Shown here one piece after another: positions 46,834-55,179 of a DNA stretch of 59,096 nucleotides. Made by a program: the position numbers and the translations under genes. A model generated the notes under the pieces. It was not told the DNA's origin and ran no database searches. It saw nothing but the letters and a program-made list of their open reading frames with translations. The stretch is from the IMG/VR virus record IMGVR_UViG_3300021185_003222, positions 1 through 59,096 of that record. The stretch is one strand, 5' to 3'. Each line of letters starts with the position of its first letter. The stretch's first letter is position 1. Source of the stretch: a virus (Duplodnaviria; Caudoviricetes).

Positions 46834-48354
46834 TTAAGAGTCAACTTCAACTTTTTGAACAGCTAGTTCATAAGTGTCGTAACTAGCGACAGCCTCAGCG
46901 AATTTAACTTTTACTGTACTTGCAGTATCAGCACTCATTTCAGCCATAACTATTGTACCAGTGGAAGCTTCAAATAGGTTCATAACTAATTGTTTAGAAC
47001 TTAAACTATGCTCGAATGATAAAGTAGTGGAGTTTATACCTGAAGTTGCTTTACCATACCATTGTCTAGCTTTAATTTTAGCATCAACCTCAACATCAAA
47101 GTCACTAACCTGTGAGTGAGCAATAGATATATTTTGCTCACCTAAAGCAGTTATGATACCTTGCTTGTTTGCTGTAACATTAACAGTTTTACTAGCACTA
47201 CCAGCTGTTTGAGTGCTTGAACCTAGTTGATCATCTAAAGAAACAGCTCCAGCATTTACAACAAAGTTAGCATCATTAAAGCTAGCTATACCTTTTGTAG
47301 TAGTAGTAGCATCATTAAGCTGTAAGTTACTTTGAACAGCAACCCAATTAGCTTGACTTCCACCTGAAGCATAAGCTGTCTTACAAACGATCAAATCACC
47401 AGCTTCTAATGTAACAGGGAAACTTGCAGAGTTACCAGCAACTGTAACAACATAAGTATCACCTACTTCAGCTGAACTTGGTAGAGCACCACTAGCGTCA
47501 TAATTACCCTTAAAGTCCATTCCACTAGTAATGGCATTAGCAATAGCTGTATCCATTTGGCCTTTATTAACACCATCTGAATCTGCAGAACCAGTTTTAA
47601 CGTCTAATAATGCGAAACCGCCAAAATCAACATCAGCTTCAGCATCACCAAGGTTATTTAAATGTATGTCTCCTACAAGAACCTTACCATAGTTAGATGT
47701 CTGACCTGCGCCACCTTTAGCAATTGCTAGGTAATCTTTTCCTGCATCAACTGTTGTTTTATCAGCTAATTCACTTAAGTCAACGTCAAATTGAAGTTCA
47801 CCAGCTTGATCACCTGTTATATCTACTAAAGAACCAGCTACAAAATCAAGTGTATTATCTATAATATTTGCTACATCTTCTGTTCCATCAACATTTATTT
47901 TTAAAGTTCCCTTTGAAGTATCAGTCCATGGTACATTTACGTACATCTTCTCACCGGATAATTGTACAGCATAGTTTCTACCTGATGAAACATATCCAAT
48001 TTGAACACCACCTCTTTCACCACTAGCTGCTAAAGGTAGTGTGTAAGTTGTATCTGTCCAAGGAACGTTAACGTATGCTTTATTACTACCATCAAGTTCT
48101 ACAGCGTAGTTCTTTCCAGTATCAGTATAACCGATCTTAATACCACCTAAATCAGATGATGTTGCAGCGCTTAAGCTAAATGATTGGTCATTTAACGTTT
48201 TCCACGCTGACCCGTTGTAATATTTTAGATCAGTTCCATCTACAAATAATCTACCATTTGTCAAACTTGACGTTGGTAAAGTTCCAGTCTCGATAACGAG
48301 GCCGCTTATTGCATTTGAAGCTAAATCTAAATTTTGTAAAAATTTAATTGCCAT
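46834..48354 (-). CDS. Tail fibre protein with two GG.(K/Q)IGY...NYAV.L...YVNVPWTDT repeats
   Basis: Internal repeats; FKGNYDAS, GDTYVVTVAG, DATTTTKGIASF fibre modules. Confidence 0.75.
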   Translation of the reverse strand: MAIKFLQNLDLASNAISGLVIETGTLPTSSLTNGRLFVDGTDLKYYNGSAWKTLNDQSFSLSAATSSDLGGIKIGYTDTGKNYAVELDGSNKAYVNVPWTDTTYTLPLAASGERGGVQIGYVSSGRNYAVQLSGEKMYVNVPWTDTSKGTLKINVDGTEDVANIIDNTLDFVAGSLVDITGDQAGELQFDVDLSELADKTTVDAGKDYLAIAKGGAGQTSNYGKVLVGDIHLNNLGDAEADVDFGGFALLDVKTGSADSDGVNKGQMDTAIANAITSGMDFKGNYDASGALPSSAEVGDTYVVTVAGNSASFPVTLEAGDLIVCKTAYASGGSQANWVAVQSNLQLNDATTTTKGIASFNDANFVVNAGAVSLDDQLGSSTQTAGSASKTVNVTANKQGIITALGEQNISIAHSQVSDFDVEVDAKIKARQWYGKATSGINSTTLSFEHSLSSKQLVMNLFEASTGTIVMAEMSADTASTVKVKFAEAVASYDTYELAVQKVEVDS

Positions 48355-48374
48355 TTTTTTTGTTTTTGTTTTTA

Positions 48375-48914
48375 TTAGTTAAGATACGCAGTACCAGCAA
48401 TAGCCTCGCTGAAAGTTAATTGTATTGCGTTTGCATTGGTAAATGTTAGTTCACCAAATATTTCTTCTCCTGCACTGCTTATAACAGTTACTGAAGGGTA
48501 TTTACCTAGATTATGAGTTATACTCCAAACAGTGTTAGTTCCATTTGAATGTGTAAAAGTATCAGAAGTCACATTGACCACACCACTTACTAGCGATGCT
48601 TTAATATTACCAGTAAAGTTGATAACATCTGCATCAGACTTTATTTCAGTTCCACTATCTTCTACACTTATAGAACCTCCTCCTGATTTAGCTATTAAGT
48701 CACTATCAGTTATGCCGTCTTTAAACCAGTACTCTGTTAAAGTACTACCTACTACAAGAGCAACGGTAAGTCCTTTATATCTATAACTGGCATCTAAGTA
48801 TGACGTAGCCGCAGACTTAGCTGCAGCTATATCAGCTCCCGAATAAGGCCCATACTTCGCATCCGCAGGGGCGGTTGTTTTAGCGAGTACGTTATCACTT
48901 AGATTTATAGCCAT
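48375..48914 (-). CDS. Fibre-associated adaptor protein
   Basis: N-terminal about 77 aa paralogous to 48919..50256; C-terminal WSITHNLGKYPSVTV domain. Confidence 0.65.
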   Translation of the reverse strand: MAINLSDNVLAKTTAPADAKYGPYSGADIAAAKSAATSYLDASYRYKGLTVALVVGSTLTEYWFKDGITDSDLIAKSGGGSISVEDSGTEIKSDADVINFTGNIKASLVSGVVNVTSDTFTHSNGTNTVWSITHNLGKYPSVTVISSAGEEIFGELTFTNANAIQLTFSEAIAGTAYLN

Positions 48915-48918
48915 GTTA

Positions 48919-50256
48919 TTAAGATTCTTTTATTTGAACATCATTAATTGTTGTAACTTTTTGAGCTACGTATACTTTATAGTTTTTAGTCCAATAACCA
49001 TCTTCAGATGCAATTGATTTTACAGATCCTGCAGCAAACAAATCTGTTGAGTTACTACCTATGTTACCATTGTTAGTAGCGTCAACATACCATTTTGTTT
49101 TATTAGCAAATCCTTCAGGTATCGCAAACCAAACCCATTCACCTGAAGCACTAAAGCTCATTGATAGTGTTCCAGAAGCATTTTTTACTTGCTTACTGAC
49201 ATAAGTACCACCTTCGATCAATGCTTCAACTTGAGCAGCTGTTTGCTGAGAAGAAGACTTACCATAATAATAAGGCCAATATCCATATCTTGTAGAAACT
49301 GAAGATGTTACAGTTCTAGCTGATTGTGGAGAATTTACTCCTGTTCCTGCAGATCTTGTATCGTCAGTTCCTTTATTATCTTTTTTAGCTAAACCAGCAC
49401 CAACTGTAGCTTTAGCTCTATATTGAAATACAGATCTAGTGCCAGTTGAAGGGGCTGGAACTTGATATGAGTCTTGAGTAACAGCAAGAGTTCTACCTGC
49501 GTTAGGATTGTTAGGGTTGTTAAAGCCAAACTGATCTGGAACATTTGTTGGAGTTGTAGCTGAACCAGCACCTGTAGCTAGGTTACTATAGCCAGCGCTA
49601 TTTAAGTTAGCCTCGATTGTCACATTTGATATTGCACCTGCGTCATTTTTAACACCAGTTAAAGATGAGGTTGGAGAAATTGTTGAACCGATTTCTTGAC
49701 TAGTAGCAAAACCACTTAAACTTAATGCTGATGTAGGTAGTGTATATGTAGGTAATTGAGTAGGAAATAATATAGTTTCCATCAATGTAACCATATTTAA
49801 ATCTTTTAATGCGGATGCTTTAGTTCCAGAAGAAACCCCACCGACTGAAGTACCTACTTCTAGGTCATCATCTACAGCTGAGTTAAATGTTGTATCTATT
49901 GTAACACCATCTGTTCCAGCGACAGCTGTTGCTTTTACTCCGCTCACGAAGTCTATTTTATCTGTAGTAGCTTCAATTGTAGTACCGTCACTAGCAACTT
50001 CAAGATCACTGCCGCCACCTTGTGATTTTAGAACTAAATTAGAATCAGTTACACCGCCTTGAAACCAGTATTCAACAATATTGCTTGATCCAACGATCAA
50101 ACCTACTGTTAAACCTTCATATCTATAAGAAGCTTGTAGGTAAGTTGTAGCTGCTGATTTTGCAGCTGCTAAGTCTGCTCCTGTATATGGTCCGTACTTA
50201 GCGTCACCCGGAGCTGTGGTTTTCGCTAATATGTTATCACTTAAATTTATTGCCAT
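48919..50256 (-). CDS. Fibre-associated structural protein
   Basis: Shares N-terminus with 48375..48914 and C-terminal two-thirds with 50260..51660. Confidence 0.65.
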   Translation of the reverse strand: MAINLSDNILAKTTAPGDAKYGPYTGADLAAAKSAATTYLQASYRYEGLTVGLIVGSSNIVEYWFQGGVTDSNLVLKSQGGGSDLEVASDGTTIEATTDKIDFVSGVKATAVAGTDGVTIDTTFNSAVDDDLEVGTSVGGVSSGTKASALKDLNMVTLMETILFPTQLPTYTLPTSALSLSGFATSQEIGSTISPTSSLTGVKNDAGAISNVTIEANLNSAGYSNLATGAGSATTPTNVPDQFGFNNPNNPNAGRTLAVTQDSYQVPAPSTGTRSVFQYRAKATVGAGLAKKDNKGTDDTRSAGTGVNSPQSARTVTSSVSTRYGYWPYYYGKSSSQQTAAQVEALIEGGTYVSKQVKNASGTLSMSFSASGEWVWFAIPEGFANKTKWYVDATNNGNIGSNSTDLFAAGSVKSIASEDGYWTKNYKVYVAQKVTTINDVQIKES

Positions 50257-50259
50257 GAC

Positions 50260-51660
50260 TTATGAAATTGTTGCGTTAGTTATTGTTGTTACTTTAGTGG
50301 CGATATATATTTTGTAATCTACCTCCCACAAATTATCTTTTGATTTTATTGTAAAGTTTGTTGGTAAAGGAAACAAATCATCAGACTGCTGTCCTATAGT
50401 ACCATTGTTTAATGCCGTAGCATACCAAGCTGTTTTATTGGAAAATTTATTATAAGTTAAAAACCAGCACCATTCACCATCAGCATTGAAATTCATTGAC
50501 AAGCTTCCAGAGCTATTAGCAACCACCTTGTTAACAGAAGAGTCTCCAGCTATTATTAAGTCTTTTATTTGCTGAGTTGTTAGTTGAGATGATGATTTAC
50601 CGTAGAAGTATGGATAATACCCGGTAATTGTTCTGTTATTAGAACTTTTATTATTTTGAGCTGCTTGAGGAGCAGAGGAGCTGCCTACAGTAGGGGTTCT
50701 AGTATCATAAACACCCTTGTTATTTTTCAATGCTAGGCCAGACCCATAGTCACCTTCTCCAGAATATGTTGTAGTTGTGCTAGTAGCGTTGCCAGTTGGC
50801 GCAGGTACAATGTAACTACTAGTAACATATGACGTGCTATAAGTTTTATTAGGGTTATTGTCATTGTCGAAGCCAAATTGTTGAGGAAGCTCCGTTATGG
50901 TTGCAACAGTTGGAGAGGTTGTTTGTATTAATTGAGTAGAACCTCTTAGTATTTTTAATCTTGTAAACGCTCCTGCGTCTTTTTTAGTGCCTAAAAGCGT
51001 TAAAGTTGGATTAACAGTCGACCCTATCTCTTTTATTCCTGTAACCGTGCTTGATAAAACTAAAGTAGCTGGCTTATATTGCGGTAAAACAGTAGGAAAC
51101 AGTAAAGTATCCCACATTTGCACTAAATTCATATCTTTTATTCCAGATACCTTAGTGCCAGCATCAAAACCGCCAATTGTAGAGGCCATTTCCGTGTCAG
51201 TGCCCAAGCTAGTGTTGTATACAGCATTTAAATCCGCTTGAGTTCCATCAACTCCAACAGATAATCCACTTTTAAAGTTTAATGAAGTAGCTTCTGCTAT
51301 TTTTTGTACGTCATCTTCTTTAATAGATATGCTCCCACCACCACTTGTAGGGTCGATGTATGTTAATCCACTAGCGTCTGCGTTGACAGCTAGTAATTGA
51401 TTAGCGTTTCCTATAGTAGCTAAGCCTGTTCCGCCTAAAGTAGTGGGAATTACATCATTAATGCTTATGTTGATGTCTCCAGTGGCTTTGTCTACCGCTA
51501 AAGGAGATGTAGCTGTGATCTTGTCTACTACATCAATGGCTTCTCTAACACTACTTATAGTTATTTTCTTAGTTTTTTTCTTATCTGCTGTATCACTAAT
51601 GATCAGTAGGTCAGTTAAACTAGGTAACGCTTTAGTTTTATAAGTATATATTATAGCCAT
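50260..51660 (-). CDS. Fibre-associated structural protein (proximal)
   Basis: N-terminus resembles that of 43747..45348; C-terminus paralogous to 48919..50256. Confidence 0.65.
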   Translation of the reverse strand: MAIIYTYKTKALPSLTDLLIISDTADKKKTKKITISSVREAIDVVDKITATSPLAVDKATGDINISINDVIPTTLGGTGLATIGNANQLLAVNADASGLTYIDPTSGGGSISIKEDDVQKIAEATSLNFKSGLSVGVDGTQADLNAVYNTSLGTDTEMASTIGGFDAGTKVSGIKDMNLVQMWDTLLFPTVLPQYKPATLVLSSTVTGIKEIGSTVNPTLTLLGTKKDAGAFTRLKILRGSTQLIQTTSPTVATITELPQQFGFDNDNNPNKTYSTSYVTSSYIVPAPTGNATSTTTTYSGEGDYGSGLALKNNKGVYDTRTPTVGSSSAPQAAQNNKSSNNRTITGYYPYFYGKSSSQLTTQQIKDLIIAGDSSVNKVVANSSGSLSMNFNADGEWCWFLTYNKFSNKTAWYATALNNGTIGQQSDDLFPLPTNFTIKSKDNLWEVDYKIYIATKVTTITNATIS

Positions 51661-51920
51661 TATCTCTTTTTACGTTTAGTTTTTTTGCTTTCTCTTTTAG
51701 TTCCCTTACCATCATTACCTCTGTTGGCTTTTATGGATTCAAATCTTTCATCATCGTGATCGTAGTCTTTTCCCTTTAACCATGATATACCGTATTTTTT
51801 AATAGCTTCCCTTCTCTTCTTTTGATTCTCTGCCTTCTTCTTTCTTCTTGCAGGAGTCTTTGCCGCTGCTAGATCTCTTTTCTTTTTAGCAGCTCTTGCT
51901 TTAGCTGATAGTATACTCAT
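51660..51920 (-). CDS. Small basic protein with degenerate HNH-like motif
   Basis: GKDYDH......S...NRG; first gene of the late arm. Confidence 0.45.
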   Translation of the reverse strand: MSILSAKARAAKKKRDLAAAKTPARRKKKAENQKKRREAIKKYGISWLKGKDYDHDDERFESIKANRGNDGKGTKRESKKTKRKKR

Positions 51921-51949
51921 GTTTTAAGTTTTAGTCTTATTTATACTAT

Positions 51950-51974
51950 ATCACAGAAAAACACTCGTTTTTAC
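51950..51974 (-). promoter_or_regulatory. Putative late promoter heading the structural arm
   Basis: GTAAAAACGAGTGTTTTTCTGTGAT, about 30 nt upstream of the first late gene. Confidence 0.5.
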
Positions 51975-52008
51975 CCTATAGTACTAACATAAATAAATTA
52001 TGGGTAGG

Positions 52009-52054
52009 GTGACATTAGCCCCTTACTAGGCTAGGTCTAAGACCCTATTGTCAC
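52009..52054. other. Branched inverted-repeat element in the divergent intergenic region
   Basis: GTGACA...TGTCAC outer stem enclosing TAGCC/GGCTA and GGTC/GACC hairpins. Confidence 0.55.
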
Positions 52055-52100
52055 ACTGCTGTAAGATATATATAATATAAGTACTGTACCCCTAACCCCC

Positions 52101-52175
52101 TGATTGTCAACTAATTACAAATTGGTTTTTATATTGCCCAGTCCACTTAACCATTTGATTATCAACGATTTACAA
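52101..52175 (+). repeat. Two imperfect 20-nt direct repeats with IHF-site-like cores
   Basis: TGATTGTCAACTAATTACAA (52101) and TGATTATCAACGATTTACAA (52156); the second matches WATCAANNNNTTR exactly. Confidence 0.6.
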
Positions 52176-52246
52176 TAACCTTTTCCTTTCCTTCATCACA
52201 ATAAATCTTAATTTGTCTACAACTATTTACCTTTTACTTATTATAT

Positions 52247-52277
52247 ACAGATTTAATACAAGATATATAAGATAATA
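52247..52277 (+). promoter_or_regulatory. Early promoter-like motif copy 1
   Basis: ACAGATTTAATAC-N10-AGATAATA. Confidence 0.7.
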
Positions 52278-52304
52278 TATACGAATCTAAATTAAATAAA
52301 CAAT

Positions 52305-52553
52305 ATGACTATCAATTTAAAATATAATAAACTCAATTCAATTCTAAATAACAATTCTGAAATACATTACATAATTGACTCAGACAATTTCTTCGACGAG
52401 AATAATATCAACATGTCTCAATTCAATAATAATAAATTTATATTATTTGAATACACAACTAACTGGCCTGAAACTATTCAACTATTAAAACAAAATAACA
52501 TAAACTATTCTATTCATACTGACGAACTAGAATTACAATATATAATAATCTAA
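52305..52553 (+). CDS. Early hypothetical protein (N/I-rich)
   Basis: 82-aa ORF directly after motif copy 1. Confidence 0.55.
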   Translation: MTINLKYNKLNSILNNNSEIHYIIDSDNFFDENNINMSQFNNNKFILFEYTTNWPETIQLLKQNNINYSIHTDELELQYIII

Positions 52554-52667
52554 TTAACTAATATATCACTCAATTATAATAAACATCTGATATTCAGGGT
52601 AAATTATAGAGAAGTCGCGTGTAGTACCTACTAACTAAAATAAACTAATAAACAAACATACACTCAC

Positions 52668-52698
52668 ACAAACTAAATACAAAACCACTCAGATAATA
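52668..52698 (+). promoter_or_regulatory. Early promoter-like motif copy 2
   Basis: ACAAACTAAATAC-N10-AGATAATA. Confidence 0.8.
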
Positions 52699-52724
52699 TA
52701 TATAACTAAAATAAAATATATACT

Positions 52725-52955
52725 ATGACATTTAAAATAACTAACATAACATTAAAAACTTTTACATCAAATAATAAAAACTATAATAATATTAACTACA
52801 CTATTTTTATTAAACAACTAAATCAAACAATTAATATTACTAAACAATATATTAACTTTAAAACTAAAAACTATTTAATTGACATAATTGACTCAATAAA
52901 TAATCAAGACAATTTAAATAATCAACTAATAAACTTTATAAATAACAAATATTAA
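52725..52955 (+). CDS. Early hypothetical protein (nearly G-free coding strand)
   Basis: 76-aa ORF bracketed by motif copies 2 and 3. Confidence 0.5.
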   Translation: MTFKITNITLKTFTSNNKNYNNINYTIFIKQLNQTINITKQYINFKTKNYLIDIIDSINNQDNLNNQLINFINNKY

Positions 52956-52957
52956 AT

Positions 52958-52988
52958 ACAAACTAAATACAAACAGCAACAGATAATA
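52958..52988 (+). promoter_or_regulatory. Early promoter-like motif copy 3
   Basis: ACAAACTAAATAC-N10-AGATAATA. Confidence 0.8.
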
Positions 52989-53029
52989 TAAACGTAAACT
53001 AAATAACAAATAAATAAAATAAAATAAAT

Positions 53030-53266
53030 ATGAAAACTAATAACTTAACTACTAAAAGATTTGTAATCAGAAAATCATTACTTAATACTAATACAGTAAT
53101 CACTTTCACTAACAAAAAAGATATAACATTCACTTATAATCACGATGAAATTTATACTAAGTTTCAAACTAAATTTGACGAAATGAATTGTTTTCAAAAG
53201 TATAAATCTTATACAAATAGTAATACTGTTCCAAAATTCTGCAGAGAATTAAGTACTCAGTCTTAA
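53030..53266 (+). CDS. Early hypothetical protein
   Basis: 78 aa (TKRFVIRKSL...CFQKYKSYTNSNTVPKF). Confidence 0.65.
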   Translation: MKTNNLTTKRFVIRKSLLNTNTVITFTNKKDITFTYNHDEIYTKFQTKFDEMNCFQKYKSYTNSNTVPKFCRELSTQS

Positions 53267-53331
53267 AACTAAAAGTCGACGTTGATAGTAATACTTTAAC
53301 GACTATAAATAACACGAACATATTACTCAGC

Positions 53332-53362
53332 ACAAACTAAATACTACAAAGTGTAGATAATA
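53332..53362 (+). promoter_or_regulatory. Early promoter-like motif copy 4
   Basis: ACAAACTAAATAC-N10-AGATAATA. Confidence 0.8.
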
Positions 53363-53388
53363 ATATAAACTAAATAAATATAATAACT

Positions 53389-53592
53389 ATGTCTTATAAT
53401 CCAAACAATCCAAGTAATTGGTCGTGGTCAAAAGCTTTTGCAGAAATGGACAAAACTGTTCATGAAGCTGAAATGACTCAACAATGTATAAATCACATAC
53501 TAGATTATCCTGGTGAAGCTAATGGTGTCTTTATGTCACTAAACAAAACTCAACAAGATGATGTTTACGAAATACTAAATGAAATACTATGA
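53389..53592 (+). CDS. Early hypothetical protein
   Basis: 67-aa ORF after motif copy 4. Confidence 0.6.
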   Translation: MSYNPNNPSNWSWSKAFAEMDKTVHEAEMTQQCINHILDYPGEANGVFMSLNKTQQDDVYEILNEIL

Positions 53593-53726
53593 ATAATTTA
53601 AATACTACAATAGACAAAGTAGCAATGTCAGAATTTGACACGCACTACTATCAACTTGGTGATAACGAGAAACAATGGTGTCACGATGAAATGATTAATA
53701 ACAAGAAATGGTTAAAAAGAATATGA
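53589..53726 (+). CDS. Early hypothetical protein (45 aa)
   Basis: Read manually: MNNLNTTIDKVAMSEFDTHYYQLGDNEKQWCHDEMINNKKWLKRI; ATGA overlaps at both ends. Confidence 0.55.
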   Translation: MNNLNTTIDKVAMSEFDTHYYQLGDNEKQWCHDEMINNKKWLKRI

Positions 53727-53980
53727 ATAAAATAATACTAACAATTGGAATGGCTAGTTCGTTACTAGTCTTACCAGCAAAAAAAGATGGTACAATAGTA
53801 AACTCAGTAGAACAAAATAAATATCTACTAAGTGAAGCTTTAAATAATATCCAGAATATGAGAGAATGGATGCTAAGTGATATAGACAATGATAATATAA
53901 CTACAGATCTAGGTGAATTTTATATTGAAAATCTTAATGAAGTTGAAGATATATTAATTGAAATTGCTAATACAAATTAA
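53723..53980 (+). CDS. Early protein with N-terminal hydrophobic signal/anchor
   Basis: MNKIILTIGMASSLLVL..., acidic C-terminus; ATGA coupling favours start 53723. Confidence 0.55.
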   Translation: MNKIILTIGMASSLLVLPAKKDGTIVNSVEQNKYLLSEALNNIQNMREWMLSDIDNDNITTDLGEFYIENLNEVEDILIEIANTN

Positions 53981-54002
53981 ATACAATCACTAATAGATAA
54001 TA
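53972..54002 (+). promoter_or_regulatory. Early promoter-like motif copy 5
   Basis: ACAAATTAAATAC-N10-AGATAATA. Confidence 0.8.
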
Positions 54003-54007
54003 TAATC

Positions 54008-54259
54008 ATGAAATATATACAAACAGATAACTTAACAGTTATAGATTACGGTGACGACACAGGTAAACTACTAATATATAATAGAACTAAATCACCTTAC
54101 GGTTACAACCCAAGAAATCTTATTGTATCTTTATTTGGCAGACCACTAAAAGAAATTACGTACAACTATGTACAAAAACAAGTAGACAAAGTCTATTCTA
54201 CTTTTAACTATAACGAAATAGACGAACTAATAAATAAAATAAATAATGAAAATAAATAA
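54008..54259 (+). CDS. Early hypothetical protein
   Basis: 83-aa ORF starting 5 nt after motif copy 5. Confidence 0.6.
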   Translation: MKYIQTDNLTVIDYGDDTGKLLIYNRTKSPYGYNPRNLIVSLFGRPLKEITYNYVQKQVDKVYSTFNYNEIDELINKINNENK

Positions 54260-54386
54260 TATAGCTCCAATAGTATTCGGAATACTAATGATAACACTAA
54301 TAGCACTTGCAACATCTTGTACAACTCAAGAAAAAATGGTAGGTAATTATTATAATCACTCTAAATATTGTCCAGCTTATAACTAA
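54246..54386 (+). CDS. Small lipoprotein (46 aa)
   Basis: Read manually: MKINNIAPIVFGILMITLIALATSCTTQEKMVGNYYNHSKYCPAYN; hydrophobic signal and ATSC lipobox. Confidence 0.6.
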   Translation: MKINNIAPIVFGILMITLIALATSCTTQEKMVGNYYNHSKYCPAYN

Positions 54387-54387
54387 T

Positions 54388-54621
54388 ATGAAACTAACTA
54401 ACGAAGAAAAAGACGAAATTACTTGGAAAGTAGTTGACTCACTATATGAAAAATTAGCTAACGAGCTAGAATATGAACTACAAGAACATGAAAACTTTCC
54501 AGAAACTAATGATGCTTATATGGATTTATTCAATGAAATGACTATAAAAATAGTAAAGTATATGAGAAGTGAGCTGTTCTCTCCAGGAACAAGTGAGGAT
54601 TTAGAACTTTATAAAAGATAA
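54388..54621 (+). CDS. Early acidic hypothetical protein
   Basis: 77-aa ORF. Confidence 0.6.
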   Translation: MKLTNEEKDEITWKVVDSLYEKLANELEYELQEHENFPETNDAYMDLFNEMTIKIVKYMRSELFSPGTSEDLELYKR

Positions 54622-54624
54622 AAT

Positions 54625-54795
54625 ATGACAGAACAACAAGCAATTGAAGCAATCGCTAATGATATACAGGATGGTATCTACGGTTGGACACAGAAATGTG
54701 GAACAGAGTGGCAGAAGTGGACATACTCACTAAATCTAGCTAGAAAAATATATGAAGGTGAATTAATAATAGATTTAAGTATAGACAATGAATAG
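54625..54795 (+). CDS. Early hypothetical protein (56 aa)
   Basis: Read manually: MTEQQAIEAIANDIQDGIYGWTQKCGTEWQKWTYSLNLARKIYEGELIIDLSIDNE. Confidence 0.55.
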   Translation: MTEQQAIEAIANDIQDGIYGWTQKCGTEWQKWTYSLNLARKIYEGELIIDLSIDNE

Positions 54796-54970
54796 AGATA
54801 GAGAATGGGATTTTATGGAAGAGCATAGAGAAGAAGAAAAGTCTTTGCTAGCAACAGTAGGAATAGTAGTCAGAGAACTAACTATAAAGTGTCCTAATGA
54901 TCAAGAACTAGGTAAAGAAGTAAGAGAACTAATTAAAAAATACAAATTAAATACAAATACTAACAGATAA
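54788..54970 (+). CDS. Early hypothetical protein
   Basis: 60 aa with PNDQELGKEVR motif. Confidence 0.6.
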   Translation: MNRDREWDFMEEHREEEKSLLATVGIVVRELTIKCPNDQELGKEVRELIKKYKLNTNTNR

Positions 54971-54972
54971 TA
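54942..54972 (+). promoter_or_regulatory. Early promoter-like motif copy 6
   Basis: ACAAATTAAATAC-N10-AGATAATA. Confidence 0.8.
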
Positions 54973-54977
54973 TATAT

Positions 54978-55121
54978 ATGAAAACAATTAAATTTTACGC
55001 AAGTAACAGATCACTAATCAGATTAGATGGCAAATTACTAAAAGGTTACACTATAGATAGTATACCAGACGAATATACAAGCTGGTTCAACTACAAAGGC
55101 TTAACTTACATAACAAGTTGA
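54978..55121 (+). CDS. Early hypothetical protein (47 aa)
   Basis: Read manually: MKTIKFYASNRSLIRLDGKLLKGYTIDSIPDEYTSWFNYKGLTYITS. Confidence 0.55.
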   Translation: MKTIKFYASNRSLIRLDGKLLKGYTIDSIPDEYTSWFNYKGLTYITS

Positions 55122-55131
55122 CAAACAACTG

Positions 55132-55179
55132 ACGAATTATAGCTCATACTTAACCTGTATGGGCTTTTCGTGGTATGAA
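55132..55179 (+). promoter_or_regulatory. Structured leader element, short copy
   Basis: AGCTCATAC/GTATGGGCT stem then TTTCGTGGT-ATG; 19-nt identity with 58081-58099. Confidence 0.6.

Noticed and set aside
4273-51643. Numerous + strand ORFs in the track (e.g. 4273..4623, 12112..12459, 42060..42650)
   Set aside because: Antisense shadows of long minus-strand genes with no recognisable motifs.
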